DNA from: Candidatus Sulfotelmatobacter sp.
GTDB lineage: Bacteria; Verrucomicrobiota; Verrucomicrobiia; Limisphaerales; UBA11358
Assembly (NCBI GenBank): GCA_035503455.1
Contig: DATJTK010000174.1
Span: 992-64,991, forward strand
Length of the DNA: 64,000 bases
Direction: 5' to 3'
The position numbers were made by a program, and so were the translations under genes. Of the stretch, positions 42,874 through 53,037 are shown in pieces (the first letter of the stretch is position 1; every line of letters begins with the position of its first letter). The notes beneath the pieces are model-generated. The model ran no database searches. It had not been told where the DNA came from and saw only the letters and a list, made by a program, of their open reading frames with translations.

Positions 42874-43836
42874 GTGAATGCTGAATCATCCCCTGCTGCC
42901 GCCAGCCCCTGGATCAAAAAATTCCTGGCGCACCTGGCCACAGACCGGGGCGCGTCGCTTTATACGCAAAAAAATTATCGGCAGGCGCTTGAGGAATTTT
43001 CACGGTGGCATGCCCAGGAACGCCAATCGGCGCCGGCCTGGGACAAGCTCCAGCGCGACGACTTTCGCGGTTATTTGCGGTACCTGGGACGGAACAATTT
43101 GAGCCGCGCGGCGACGTCTCTGCGCTTTTCCGCGCTGCGCACATTCTACAAATTCCTCATCCGGCACGGCATGCTGGCCAGTTCGCCTATAAAAAATTTA
43201 TCGCTGCCCAAACCCGAAAAGCGGCTGCCTAAATTTTTAACCATTCAGCAGATGGAAGCTTTGCTGACTGCGCCATTGCAACTGGCACAGTCGCGCCAGG
43301 GCAAAAAAGGAGCGGGACGCCCCGTGTCCATGGCCGTGGGGTTGCGGGACGTAGCGGTCCTGGAAACGATTTATTCCTGCGGCCTGCGCATCAGCGAATT
43401 GTGCGGCCTGCGCGCCGATGACATGGATTGGGCGCAACAAATCGTCCGGGTCCGCGGCAAAGGCAAAAAGGAGCGGCTCGTGCCCATCGGCAAACCGGCG
43501 TTGGATGCCATCGAGCACTATTGGAAAACATTGAAAATGCCGCCCGCGGGAGCATCGCCGGTTTTCTTCAGCGAAACGAGAAGCCACGCGCCGTTGCATC
43601 CGGTCCAATTATCGCGACGGTTAAAGCAATATCTCGCTTTCGCGGGCCTGGACCCAAATTTGACGCCCCACAAGCTGCGTCACAGCTATGCCACGCACAT
43701 GCTCGATGCCGGGGCGGATTTGCGCAGCGTCCAGGAATTGCTCGGCCATGCGCATTTGACGACGACTCAGATTTACACGCACGTCACCACCGAACGGCTT
43801 AAGAAAGCCTATGATGCGGCCCATCCGAGGGCGTGA
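42874..43836 (+). CDS. Tyrosine recombinase, XerC/XerD family
   Basis: 320 aa with the catalytic pattern ...GLRISEL...HKLRHSYATHMLDAGADLRSVQELLGHAHLTTTQIYTHV. GTG start. Confidence 0.88.
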   Translation: MNAESSPAAASPWIKKFLAHLATDRGASLYTQKNYRQALEEFSRWHAQERQSAPAWDKLQRDDFRGYLRYLGRNNLSRAATSLRFSALRTFYKFLIRHGMLASSPIKNLSLPKPEKRLPKFLTIQQMEALLTAPLQLAQSRQGKKGAGRPVSMAVGLRDVAVLETIYSCGLRISELCGLRADDMDWAQQIVRVRGKGKKERLVPIGKPALDAIEHYWKTLKMPPAGASPVFFSETRSHAPLHPVQLSRRLKQYLAFAGLDPNLTPHKLRHSYATHMLDAGADLRSVQELLGHAHLTTTQIYTHVTTERLKKAYDAAHPRA

Positions 43837-43864
43837 CCATGAGTGCGCAGGCGTGTTGCGTATT

Positions 43865-43910
43865 GCGTGGCACGTCAAGTATCACGGTGCACGTACTTGA
43901 CGCACCACGC
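43865..43910 (+). other. Strong interrupted hairpin 29 nt downstream of the recombinase gene
   Basis: gcgtgg-ca-cgtcaagta-[tcacggtgcacg]-tacttgacg-ca-ccacgc gives 6+9 bp stems. There is no T-run, so it is not a canonical intrinsic terminator. Confidence 0.5.
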
Positions 43911-44007
43911 ATTCACATTCAATCAGAGACTCGTTACCTCGTCTCCTACCATTACAAAAGGTTGCTTTTTTTTGAAATAGCCGCCATGCTATAGTGTCTA
44001 ACAGTTT

Positions 44008-44736
44008 ATGAAGAGAATACAGGTTTTCACTATCGCCGCAGCCACGTCCGCGGTCGTTTTGACGGGCTGCACATATCCAAACGGGGACCCAAATAATACG
44101 GGCACGGGCGCGTTGATTGGCGCGGGCAGCGGCGCTGCTTTGGGCGCTGCTTTAGGCGGACGCAACGCCGGCGCAGGCGCGCTCGTAGGCGCCGCTTTTG
44201 GAGCCCTCACAGGCGCCCTTATCGGAAATTCCATCGACCGGGACCAGGCCGCACAATTGCAGGCGAGCGCTCCCGTCACCTATGTTCGCGTGCAGCAAAA
44301 CCAGCCGCTGGCGGTTTCTGACGTCGAGGCGCTGGTGCGGGCCAAAGTCAGCGACGACGTTATCATTGCCCAGATTCAAAATTCACATGCGGTTTATCAC
44401 CTGAGTCCGCAGGACATCATTGACCTGCACACAGCGGGCGTCAGCGACCGCGTAGTCAATTTCATGATTGCCACGGTGAACGGCCCGCCGCCGCCGCCAA
44501 CAACGGTTGTGACCTCTGACCAACCTCCCCCAGTGCCCGATGAGACTGTGGCTGCGGCGCCTGGCCCTGGCTGGGTCTGGATCGGCGGCGAATGGGAGTG
44601 GAACGGCGTTGGATGGGTTTGGGCTGGTGGCCGCTGGGCGTATCCGCCCTACCCGGGCGCGATATGGGTGCATGGCTATTGGTATCGCGGCCCATTTGGC
44701 GGCTGGCGGCATGTGGGCGGCCATTGGCGGTACTAA
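44008..44736 (+). CDS. Lipoprotein with glycine-zipper segment and C-terminal W/G/Y-rich (YXWGXW-like) repeats
   Basis: Lipobox VVLTGC, the Gly zipper GALIGAGSGAALGAALGGRNAGAGALVGAAFGALTGALIG, and the C-terminal GWVWIGGEWEWNGVGWVWAGGRWAY...HGYWYRGPFGGWRHVGGHWRY. Confidence 0.65.
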   Translation: MKRIQVFTIAAATSAVVLTGCTYPNGDPNNTGTGALIGAGSGAALGAALGGRNAGAGALVGAAFGALTGALIGNSIDRDQAAQLQASAPVTYVRVQQNQPLAVSDVEALVRAKVSDDVIIAQIQNSHAVYHLSPQDIIDLHTAGVSDRVVNFMIATVNGPPPPPTTVVTSDQPPPVPDETVAAAPGPGWVWIGGEWEWNGVGWVWAGGRWAYPPYPGAIWVHGYWYRGPFGGWRHVGGHWRY

Positions 44737-44761
44737 TCTTCGTCCTTGATTCGGGCACAGT

Positions 44762-45142
44762 TTAGGAAACAAGTTGCACAGACGAATGGTTAAGCTTGGT
44801 GTCAAATGTGGCCAACCTGAATCCGTGCTTGGCTGCCAAATTTGCTAAATAATGATCTGTTACCTGATCCGAATCCCGCGGATGGCTTTCCAGGGCAGGT
44901 AGATCGTCTGGAATTCTTTCCGCTTTTCGCTCCGACGCAAACCGCTCCAGGACCTTCCTTGCTTCCTGCATGGTCAATCCAATGGCGGATTTGGTGTTGG
45001 TGCTAATGCGCAGGAAACCGAGTTCAACTATGGGGCATAGCACGATTTCCTTGTCCGCCAGCCAGTCATGAGCCCGGACATGCAATGAATGGCTTCGAAC
45101 GATGCCTGCGATCAATAGGTTTACATCCAGCAAATGCTTCAC
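44762..45142 (-). CDS. vapC: PIN-domain toxin, VapC family
   Basis: 126 aa. MKHLLDVNLLIA... supplies the N-terminal acidic residue, with downstream PIVELGF and ...VTDHYLANLAAKHGFRLATFD. It overlaps the upstream antitoxin ORF by 4 nt. Confidence 0.8.
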   Translation of the reverse strand: MKHLLDVNLLIAGIVRSHSLHVRAHDWLADKEIVLCPIVELGFLRISTNTKSAIGLTMQEARKVLERFASERKAERIPDDLPALESHPRDSDQVTDHYLANLAAKHGFRLATFDTKLNHSSVQLVS

Positions 45143-45372
45143 GGAAAGTCTGCCAGAAGTTCTTTGATTGCCGTTTCGTCAATCGGCTGTTCCGGCGCCA
45201 CAACAGTAAAGCCGTCCTCTTTGACGATACGACATTTGGGGTTCGTGGGCGCCCCCGCCTGGATAACAAAAAGCGTGAATCCACCATCCGCATTTTGCTG
45301 AACGGAATACACCTGGCCCGGCTTGGCCGAAGGAAGTCGGACGCGTTTCTGACTGTCTGCCTTTGTTGTCAT
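45139..45372 (-). CDS. vapB: AbrB/MazE/SpoVT-type antitoxin (VapB-like)
   Basis: The small ORF MTTKADSQKRVRLPSAKPGQVYSVQQNADGGFTLFVI... has a looped-hinge-helix-like N-terminus. The track start at 45447 is probably too long, and ATG 45372 is preferred. Confidence 0.6.
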   Translation of the reverse strand: MTTKADSQKRVRLPSAKPGQVYSVQQNADGGFTLFVIQAGAPTNPKCRIVKEDGFTVVAPEQPIDETAIKELLADFP

Positions 45373-45591
45373 CGCAGGACTAATATCGCGCTTAGAGAAG
45401 CCATATTCAATCGCTTTTTGCGGCCTCCTTAGCCGATGCGAGCGCATATCCTTTCGCTCGCAAGCCGTCTATCTTTTTGTTTTGTTTGGTGGACGAAAGG
45501 GCCGGAGCCGGATACGTTTTTACATGCCTTTGGCGCGGATTTTAGTGTATGGCTGTGCCCGGTCTGGCATCCGACTAGCTCTCAGAAGCGC

Positions 45592-46059
45592 ATGAAGACT
45601 GTCTTCTTGAAGCTCGCAGAATGTATTTTTGCGTTGCTCGCAGGTTGGATTGCCGCCGCAGTTCCGATGGCGGTGTCTGCTCATTTACCTGCTCATGCCG
45701 ATATAAGAGATGTGGCATGGTTGTTCTTCCTCCTGGTTACGGGCGCGCTGGTTGTGCCTTGTTGGATATTAATAGCCGTGCCCCTTTTTGTCTTCCTGCG
45801 TTCAAGAGCGGTTTTTTGGCGATATTACGTGTCGATTCCCTTCGGCGCGGTCATCGGGCTCTTGATCAGTTTTGCTTTGGCATTTGCCCTGTACGCCGGG
45901 CCGGTTTCCGGCGCAGGGACAGGCATTTTTTGGCTCACATTATCGGGAGCTGCCTCCGGAGCAATGACGTTTGGCGTGATGTCATGGATGAACGGGAGAG
46001 AACATAAGAACGAGGAAAAGATGGCCCGGCCCGGTCTCACCGTGGAACCGGCAAAATAA
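45592..46059 (+). CDS. Small integral membrane protein, hypothetical
   Basis: Four hydrophobic helices follow MKTVFLKLAECIF. The track start at 45436 overlaps the antitoxin gene and is unlikely. Confidence 0.5.
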   Translation: MKTVFLKLAECIFALLAGWIAAAVPMAVSAHLPAHADIRDVAWLFFLLVTGALVVPCWILIAVPLFVFLRSRAVFWRYYVSIPFGAVIGLLISFALAFALYAGPVSGAGTGIFWLTLSGAASGAMTFGVMSWMNGREHKNEEKMARPGLTVEPAK

Positions 46060-46121
46060 TTACTGGCTCCCCGGTGTTTGGGTTCATTGACGCAAGTGTG
46101 GAGCGCCGATATGCTGCATTT

Positions 46122-46592
46122 ATGGCGCTGGTCCGGATATTAATCGATGGCTACAGCCTCCTGCACAACTGGCCCGAGTTGGCACCCGGCCAGCCACGGC
46201 ATTCGGAGCGGGCGCGGGACGAATTGATTCGGGTTTTGACGCAATATCACGACGCCACTGGCGAGCCCATCACGATCTTTTTCGACGGCGCCGGAGCGCC
46301 GGTGTCGGCCCAAAAAGCCCAATCGAGCCGCGACGTCGAGGTCCTCTTTTCCAAAGCCGGGCAAACGGCTGACGACCTGATTGAGCGCGCGGCCCATCGT
46401 TTCCAGCAATACGGCCAGGTGCTCGTTGTGACCGATGATTTTGCCGAACGCGACACCGTGGAGGCGCTGGGCGCCGTGGCCTCCAGTTGCGCGAATTTCA
46501 TCAATTCGATTGAAAAGGCGCTCACAGAACTGCAGGATGAACTCAGAAGTTATAATCGTATGGAAAAAAACCGTTTTAAACGGCCGCGATAA
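46122..46592 (+). CDS. NYN domain RNase-like protein (YacP/Rae1-like)
   Basis: VRILIDGYSLLHNWPEL...ITIFFDGAGA...VLFSKAGQTADDLIERAAH...VLVVTDDFAERD matches the YacP-like NYN pattern. Confidence 0.75.
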   Translation: MALVRILIDGYSLLHNWPELAPGQPRHSERARDELIRVLTQYHDATGEPITIFFDGAGAPVSAQKAQSSRDVEVLFSKAGQTADDLIERAAHRFQQYGQVLVVTDDFAERDTVEALGAVASSCANFINSIEKALTELQDELRSYNRMEKNRFKRPR

Positions 46593-46595
46593 AAA

Positions 46596-47735
46596 ATGAA
46601 AGTTCGAAAAAATCCGATTCGTCTGTCCATTTATTCGGCGCTGCTGGCCGGACTCGTCCTTGTTCCAACGTTGCGCGCCCAAGTCAGCACTCCGCCGGTT
46701 GCAAATCGCGTGCTGCTGATTTTTGACACGTCGTCCGCGATGAAAAAGCGCCTGCCGGCTGAAGAAAAGGCCATCCGCCAGCTTTTCGCAATAACTTTGA
46801 ACGGGCACTTGCACCAGGGCGACACCGTCGGTGTGTGGACATTCAACCAGGACCTGCACATTGGACAATTCCCGCTTCAGGAATGGACGGATGACAAAAT
46901 TGCGACGCTTCCCGACGAAATCGTCGGATTCCTTAAACAGCAGCATTATACAAAGGAAACCAGCTTTGATGGCTTGCTCCCAACACTGAACCAGGTGGTG
47001 CGCGGTTCCCCGCGATTGACCACCCTCATTTTTTGCGACGGTAATGGAACAGTGAAAGACATTCCGGGCATCGATGCCATTAACACTACTTTCAAACAGC
47101 ACTACCGTCAGATGGAAAAGGCGCGCGTGCCATTCGTGATTGTCCTGCGAAGCCAGTTCGGACCGGCCGGGTTCGGCCGATACGTTGGGTGCACCATTAA
47201 CTCCGCAGACTCCATCAATATCCCGCAATTTCCGCCGATGCCCGTGCCGCCGGCGCCAACTCCGGCTCCGGTTCAAGAGCCGCCGCCGCCACCACCGCCG
47301 CTGCCGCCCCTGGCCCCGATGATTATCGTCGGCACGAATGCCGAAACCAATGCCGCCGCGCCGCCTGCGGCTCCCCAACAACAGCCCGCACCTCCGCCGC
47401 ATGCCCAAAGTGCTCCCCCGGCTTCCGCTTCCGTGCCGCCAGCCGCATCCCCAGCCCCGGCCATCCCGCTCGCTAAAACCAATTCCGCTCCCCCGCCGCC
47501 TCCGCCAACCGCCTCAATCGAACCGACGAATCCAATCGTGCCGCCTGCCCGTCCCGGTCCTCCCGCAACGGCAACGGTCGCACCCCCGGAAAGCTCCGGC
47601 ACAAGCAGAGATGGTTTGGTTGCCGCGGGCGCGGGGCTTCTGGTCGTGGCTGTTGGAGCGCTTTATCTGGTTTTTCGCCGTTCCCGCAGCCGCACTTCGC
47701 CAAGTCTCATCACCGAATCCTTGAAAAAAAGATAA
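46596..47735 (+). CDS. Secreted/anchored protein with vWA-like N-terminal domain, long Pro-rich linker and C-terminal TM helix
   Basis: Signal peptide, then VLLIFDTSSAMKKRL (MIDAS-like DxSxA), PPPPPPPLPPLAP and further P/A-rich tracts, and the C-terminal LVAAGAGLLVVAVGALYLVFRR. Confidence 0.55.
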   Translation: MKVRKNPIRLSIYSALLAGLVLVPTLRAQVSTPPVANRVLLIFDTSSAMKKRLPAEEKAIRQLFAITLNGHLHQGDTVGVWTFNQDLHIGQFPLQEWTDDKIATLPDEIVGFLKQQHYTKETSFDGLLPTLNQVVRGSPRLTTLIFCDGNGTVKDIPGIDAINTTFKQHYRQMEKARVPFVIVLRSQFGPAGFGRYVGCTINSADSINIPQFPPMPVPPAPTPAPVQEPPPPPPPLPPLAPMIIVGTNAETNAAAPPAAPQQQPAPPPHAQSAPPASASVPPAASPAPAIPLAKTNSAPPPPPPTASIEPTNPIVPPARPGPPATATVAPPESSGTSRDGLVAAGAGLLVVAVGALYLVFRRSRSRTSPSLITESLKKR

Positions 47736-47783
47736 AATTTCAGTCGTGACTTTTGCCCGCGCTCGTGGAACATTTTTCGCCCC

Positions 47784-48452
47784 ATGAAAATCATCAATTT
47801 ATTATGCGCACTGGGACTGTTCGCCGGCACGCTGACAGTAAACGCCCAGGACACCAAATCGAGTTCACCGGCCTATGCCGATCCTTCAAAGCTCACTGAA
47901 AAGGCCCCTGACACTTTCAAGACCGTCTTCAACACCACCAAAGGAAACTTCACCATTGAAGTCACGCGCTCGCTCGCGCCCAATGGCGCGGACCGCTTCT
48001 ATAACCTCGCCAAATCCGGCTACTTCACGGACATAGCTTTTTTCCGCGTAGTCCCTGGTTTTATGGTCCAGTTTGGCATTCACGGTGATCCTGCCATTTC
48101 TGCGAAATGGGCCGACGCGAACATTCCCGATGATCCGGTCAAAGGCAGCAACACGCGCGGCACCATAACTTACGCCATGTCTTCCGCTCCCAACTCGCGT
48201 TCAACCCAATTGTTCATCAACTTCGGAGATAACAGCCGCCTTGACGGCATGGGCTTTGCCCCGTTTGGCAAAGTGACAGACGGGATGGACGTCGTGGACA
48301 AAATCTACGGCGGATACGGTGACATGCCCGAGCAGGGCGGGACCGGCCCGGACCCGGGAGGCATCGCGTCGCAAGGCAACGCCTACCTGAAAAAGAACTT
48401 TCCAAAACTTGACTATATCAAATCAGTGACCGTTATTACGGAGAAAAAGTAA
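47784..48452 (+). CDS. ppiA: Peptidylprolyl isomerase, cyclophilin type, with signal peptide
   Basis: Signal MKIINLLCALGLFAGTLTVNAQ plus FFRVVPGFMVQFG...YAMSSAPNSRSTQLFINF cyclophilin motifs. Confidence 0.9.
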   Translation: MKIINLLCALGLFAGTLTVNAQDTKSSSPAYADPSKLTEKAPDTFKTVFNTTKGNFTIEVTRSLAPNGADRFYNLAKSGYFTDIAFFRVVPGFMVQFGIHGDPAISAKWADANIPDDPVKGSNTRGTITYAMSSAPNSRSTQLFINFGDNSRLDGMGFAPFGKVTDGMDVVDKIYGGYGDMPEQGGTGPDPGGIASQGNAYLKKNFPKLDYIKSVTVITEKK

Positions 48453-48474
48453 AACTATAACCAAGGGAGGTTTT

Positions 48475-48987
48475 GTGAACGAAGTCGCTGTTATCAACAC
48501 AAACGCAGGAGACATGGTCATTGAGTTTTTGGACGTCGCTCCAAATACCGCGGCCAATTTTGTAAAACTTGCCAAACAGGGCTTTTACGATGGCACCTGT
48601 TTTCACCGGATCATTAAGGGATTCATGATTCAGGGCGGCGACCCGCTCACCAAAGATCCTTCCAAGGAAAACGTCTGGGGCACAGGCGGTCCCGGTTATA
48701 CCATCAAGGCCGAATTTAACGATCATTCCCACCAATTCGGCGTCATGTCCATGGCGCGCAGTTCGGACCCAAATTCGGCGGGTTCACAGTTCTTTATTTG
48801 CGATGGCGACGCGTCATTTCTGGACCGGCAGTACACAGCGTTCGGCCGATTGATTAAAGGCGATGATGTGCTGAAAAAAATCGCCGGCACCCCGGTCGGC
48901 CAGGGAGGAGGAGGCGAACGCAGCAAACCGATCGAGCGGGTCAGCGTCAATAGCATCAAAATTGTGCCCGCGGATTCGGTGGCGTAG
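48475..48987 (+). CDS. ppiB: Peptidylprolyl isomerase, cyclophilin type, cytoplasmic
   Basis: FHRIIKGFMIQGGDP...MSMARSSDPNSAGSQFFI...AFGRLIKGDDVLKKI. GTG start preceded by a GGGAGG Shine-Dalgarno sequence. Confidence 0.9.
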   Translation: MNEVAVINTNAGDMVIEFLDVAPNTAANFVKLAKQGFYDGTCFHRIIKGFMIQGGDPLTKDPSKENVWGTGGPGYTIKAEFNDHSHQFGVMSMARSSDPNSAGSQFFICDGDASFLDRQYTAFGRLIKGDDVLKKIAGTPVGQGGGGERSKPIERVSVNSIKIVPADSVA

Positions 48988-48993
48988 CCGGCT

Positions 48994-51114
48994 TCAGGCG
49001 TCGGCTCTCAACTTGTTCGTGGCTGCGGCCGGCTTTTTTTCAGGTTCCAATTGGCGGGTGTAGTACCGATAAACGGTTTGTGCGATTGTCACGGGTTTCG
49101 CATCCAGGGAATTTAGCGAAAAGTTGACGGCTTTGGCCTGATATTTAAGCAGGATGAATTTCGGAAAGCGCGACTGTTTTTGCTTCAGGCGGAACATGAG
49201 GGTGAACGTCGAATAGGAGCGTCTCACCAGCATTTTTTCGATGTCCGTAAACTTCAACTGACGGTTCCAGCCGGTGTAGGAAATGCCCTCTGCGGTCAGA
49301 ATAAATTCAGCGTTTCGGTTCCGTTTCCAGGTCATCGCAAAGACAAACCCAACAATAACCGCGAACGCGGCGAAACACAGGGTCCCAATCAGATTATCAA
49401 TAAAAATAACGGCCACCACGCAGCCGGCCAAAATGAGCACCAGGAACACAAGAGCCACCCATAGCTGGGATTGTTTGTAACGCCACCGTTTCTCCGGAAA
49501 ATGTTTATCAAGCAATTCCCTGCCCTCATCCGTTTTGTAATCCGCCTGTGCGACCTGGCTTCTGGCGCGCAATTTGCCAATCTGGGCTTCAGCCTGCTGC
49601 GCAAGACCGGAAAAGAGAGCGTCACGATTCGAAAACCAGGTTGCGTACGCGCTTTGCGATTCCGCCAGGGCAATGGACCGGGCCTTGTCGGCGTCAATCG
49701 TCTGCTGAAGGGCCTCAAGCCGCACGTGCAGTGAAGGATGAGTATCGAGCGGATGCGGCAGCTTTTTCTCAAATAGCTGGGACCAGAAAGTCGCATCAGC
49801 GGCCAATGTGTCCCGCACAATCGCCTGCAAAGGAATATCCAAAAAATTTCCTTCTTTGTTCTTAATCGTTTCGGATAAATTGCGAGTGAACGCCTCGACA
49901 GCCACCTGGAACTTAACGAGCGCCTGCGCGGCGATTTCCGGTGACGTGACCGCCGCGGCTTTTTGGTCGGCAAGCAATTCACGCGCGCGCGAAGTCGCCC
50001 GCTCGGTCTCCCCAAAAGACAATCCAAAGAAATTGAGAAATTGAAAACTCGGCCAGCCCATCCAGCCGGACCGCGCCAGGGCCACCATCGTTCCGTGGAT
50101 TTTGAACCTCAATGGATAGAACTCCCGCGTGAGCCGCGTGTCCTCGCCAATGAAATGCCCCAGTTCGTGGCCGATGATTGCCAGCACTTCATCGCCGGAA
50201 AGCTGTTTTAACAGCGGGTAGCACAGAAACAGCGTTTTGCCCTGGGTGCACCCTGAATCATAGCGCACGGCCAGTTCCGTAACGAAAAAATTAAGCTTCA
50301 TGCCTATCAGGATCCGGTCCGGCGGCGCCGTTTGCAGCTTGTTCGCGGCTTCCCGGATGGCTTGCCACAATTCCGGCGCTTCTTCCGGCGTCACTTCCCT
50401 GCAAAAACGTTCCTTAAACTCCATCGGCACTTTTTTCAACAAGACCTTCGCGCTCATGAATAATGCGAACAAACCGCCGATAATGATGATCGCGAGAATC
50501 TTTATGGAATATGCGGACATCAGCAAAACCATAAGTTCGAATGTCCCGTAGGCCAGCAGCGGAACCAGGAGAAAGACCTTGGCCAGGGCCGCAACCATTG
50601 CAACCGTCCAACCCAGCCGGTAACAGGCAATGAGATCGTTTTGGGATTTTTTGGCCTTTGCATTCAGCGCGAAAATAGCTGCGCTGGCAACCATGAGCCC
50701 CGCCAGTAGCGCAGACGACAATATCAATCCCCACCTCAATCTGCGGAACCGGGCGGCAATGCCGGTTTTCTCAAGCCGGGCATGCAAATCCTCGAAACCC
50801 GGCGGGCAATTCAGCGAGACCTGCCCGAAATCCACTGTGGAATATTTCTCCACTGCCGCTTCTTTTTGAACGGGTGAAAGATTCACTTTCGAATTTATCT
50901 CCGAGGCCAGTTCCGAATGAATTCTGCTGTCCAACCAGCCGGGAGCCATAACGAAGAACGCCCATACCAGCACCGGGATAAGCAAACTTTTGAAAAGCGC
51001 CTTTCGAAGGCTTTTGCGGACGTCAAGAGGCGGTTTATTTTTGGTCATAGACAACAACCCGTTCTTAAGATTTCCCAAATTGTTTCGGCCAATATGTGGT
51101 CTGTCAAGAAACAC
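48994..51114 (-). CDS. M48 family zinc metallopeptidase, polytopic, with C-terminal 2-TM + PH-like (YdbT/bPH-type) module
   Basis: HExxH in LAIIGHELGHFIGED and multiple TM helices. The C-terminal TM pair is followed by EFILTAEGISYTGWNRQLKFTDIEKMLV.... The start is uncertain (51114 or ATG 51048). Confidence 0.72.
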   Translation of the reverse strand: MFLDRPHIGRNNLGNLKNGLLSMTKNKPPLDVRKSLRKALFKSLLIPVLVWAFFVMAPGWLDSRIHSELASEINSKVNLSPVQKEAAVEKYSTVDFGQVSLNCPPGFEDLHARLEKTGIAARFRRLRWGLILSSALLAGLMVASAAIFALNAKAKKSQNDLIACYRLGWTVAMVAALAKVFLLVPLLAYGTFELMVLLMSAYSIKILAIIIIGGLFALFMSAKVLLKKVPMEFKERFCREVTPEEAPELWQAIREAANKLQTAPPDRILIGMKLNFFVTELAVRYDSGCTQGKTLFLCYPLLKQLSGDEVLAIIGHELGHFIGEDTRLTREFYPLRFKIHGTMVALARSGWMGWPSFQFLNFFGLSFGETERATSRARELLADQKAAAVTSPEIAAQALVKFQVAVEAFTRNLSETIKNKEGNFLDIPLQAIVRDTLAADATFWSQLFEKKLPHPLDTHPSLHVRLEALQQTIDADKARSIALAESQSAYATWFSNRDALFSGLAQQAEAQIGKLRARSQVAQADYKTDEGRELLDKHFPEKRWRYKQSQLWVALVFLVLILAGCVVAVIFIDNLIGTLCFAAFAVIVGFVFAMTWKRNRNAEFILTAEGISYTGWNRQLKFTDIEKMLVRRSYSTFTLMFRLKQKQSRFPKFILLKYQAKAVNFSLNSLDAKPVTIAQTVYRYYTRQLEPEKKPAAATNKLRADA

Positions 51115-51198
51115 GTTGCGTGTTGCGTATTGCGTGTTCCGTCATGATTTTCAAGGAATGATTTCCATTTTCAATTTGTAATTGGTAACCTATCAGTT

Positions 51199-52013
<815 letters not shown>

Positions 52014-52017
<4 letters not shown>

Positions 52018-52553
52018 AGCGTTTGCCCCCAAACCTTCACTCGCGCCTCGCAAACGTTAAATTGTTCATTTGCGACGTGGACGGCGTGCTGACCGATGGC
52101 TCGATTTATATCGGCGGACCCGATGAATTCAAACGATATAGCATTCACGACGGCCTGGGTCTCGTGCTGCTCCGGCGCGCCGGCATCAAAATCGCATGGG
52201 TTTCAAGCCGCCCCTCCCCGGCAACCACGATGCGCGCGCGCGAACTTAAAATCACTTTTCTTGTCCAACAAAAGGATCAGTTGAGCAAGGCGGCAGCCAT
52301 CGAGACAATTTTGGCCCGGGAAAAGCTAATTTGGGACGAGGTTTGTTTCGTGGGCGATGACATCGTGGACCTTGCGCCGCTGGAAAAAGCAGGCGTTGGA
52401 GCGGCGGTGGCCGATGCGGTGGATGAGGCGAAGGCCGCGGCGGATTTCGTGACCCGGGCCCGTGGGGGACATGGCGCGGTGCGCGAAATGGCGGAAATGA
52501 TTTTAAAGGCCCAGGGCAAGTGGGATTCTATCATCGCCGCCTATAAAGAATGA
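52014..52553 (+). CDS. kdsC: 3-deoxy-D-manno-octulosonate 8-phosphate phosphatase (HAD, KdsC family)
   Basis: [13 protein letters not shown]...FSIHDGLGL...[11 protein letters not shown]...GGHGAVRE pattern. It overlaps the kdsA stop by 4 nt. Confidence 0.85.
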
Positions 52554-52563
52554 TTTCCGGATC

Positions 52564-53037
52564 GTGATGAATGAAAAGATGACATATGCGCGGCGGGCAA
52601 AGCGCTTCGCACTGCTGTTGACCGCTGCCATGGCATTGGCCGCGATAGCCGGCCGCGCGCAACAACTCCCCATCGCCGGCGGCGCAAGCGATTTTAATTC
52701 CGTGGAATACTTCAAGGCGCCGCACCAACAGGACATCGAAGGCCTGTTTTCCGGGGCCGAAGCAGACCCGCTCCCCGGCGGGCTTTTGCTCATCAAACAG
52801 GCCAAAATTGAGAAGTTCGATTTGACCGGCAAACTGCAACTCGTTGCCGAAGCGCCCGAATGCGTTTACGATCCCGTCAACGCAATCGCCAATTCCGCGG
52901 GGGAAGTACACGTGCGCTCGGGCGACGGGAAAACGAAAATTGATGGAGAAGGTTTTTTATGGCGGCAAAATGATTCCTTATTCACCATCTCGAACCAGGT
53001 GGAAACGGTCATTGAAGAACCCGCGTCTAAACGATGA
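52564..53037 (+). CDS. LptC-like LPS export protein (tentative)
   Basis: 157 aa with a single N-terminal hydrophobic anchor and a beta-rich body. Its position between kdsC and the lptA-like/lptB genes matches the canonical kdsC-lptC-lptA-lptB order. Confidence 0.5.
   Translation: MMNEKMTYARRAKRFALLLTAAMALAAIAGRAQQLPIAGGASDFNSVEYFKAPHQQDIEGLFSGAEADPLPGGLLLIKQAKIEKFDLTGKLQLVAEAPECVYDPVNAIANSAGEVHVRSGDGKTKIDGEGFLWRQNDSLFTISNQVETVIEEPASKR

Noticed and set aside
41765-42877. 370-aa plus-strand ORF
   Set aside because: It is antisense to the GH57 gene, which has strong family motifs. It has no motifs of its own.
42874-43836. Tyrosine recombinase as a marker of an integrated mobile element or prophage
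   Set aside because: The sequence pattern is that of chromosomal XerC/XerD. There are no phage, transposase or conjugation genes nearby, and no tRNA or direct-repeat att-like boundaries that I could see.
46140-47408. 422-aa minus-strand ORF spanning the NYN and Pro-rich protein genes
   Set aside because: It crosses two well-supported plus-strand genes and their intergenic gap. It is extremely Arg-rich (RRRRGG..., RRWWRRRL), and its poly-Gly run is the mirror of the Pro-rich tract.
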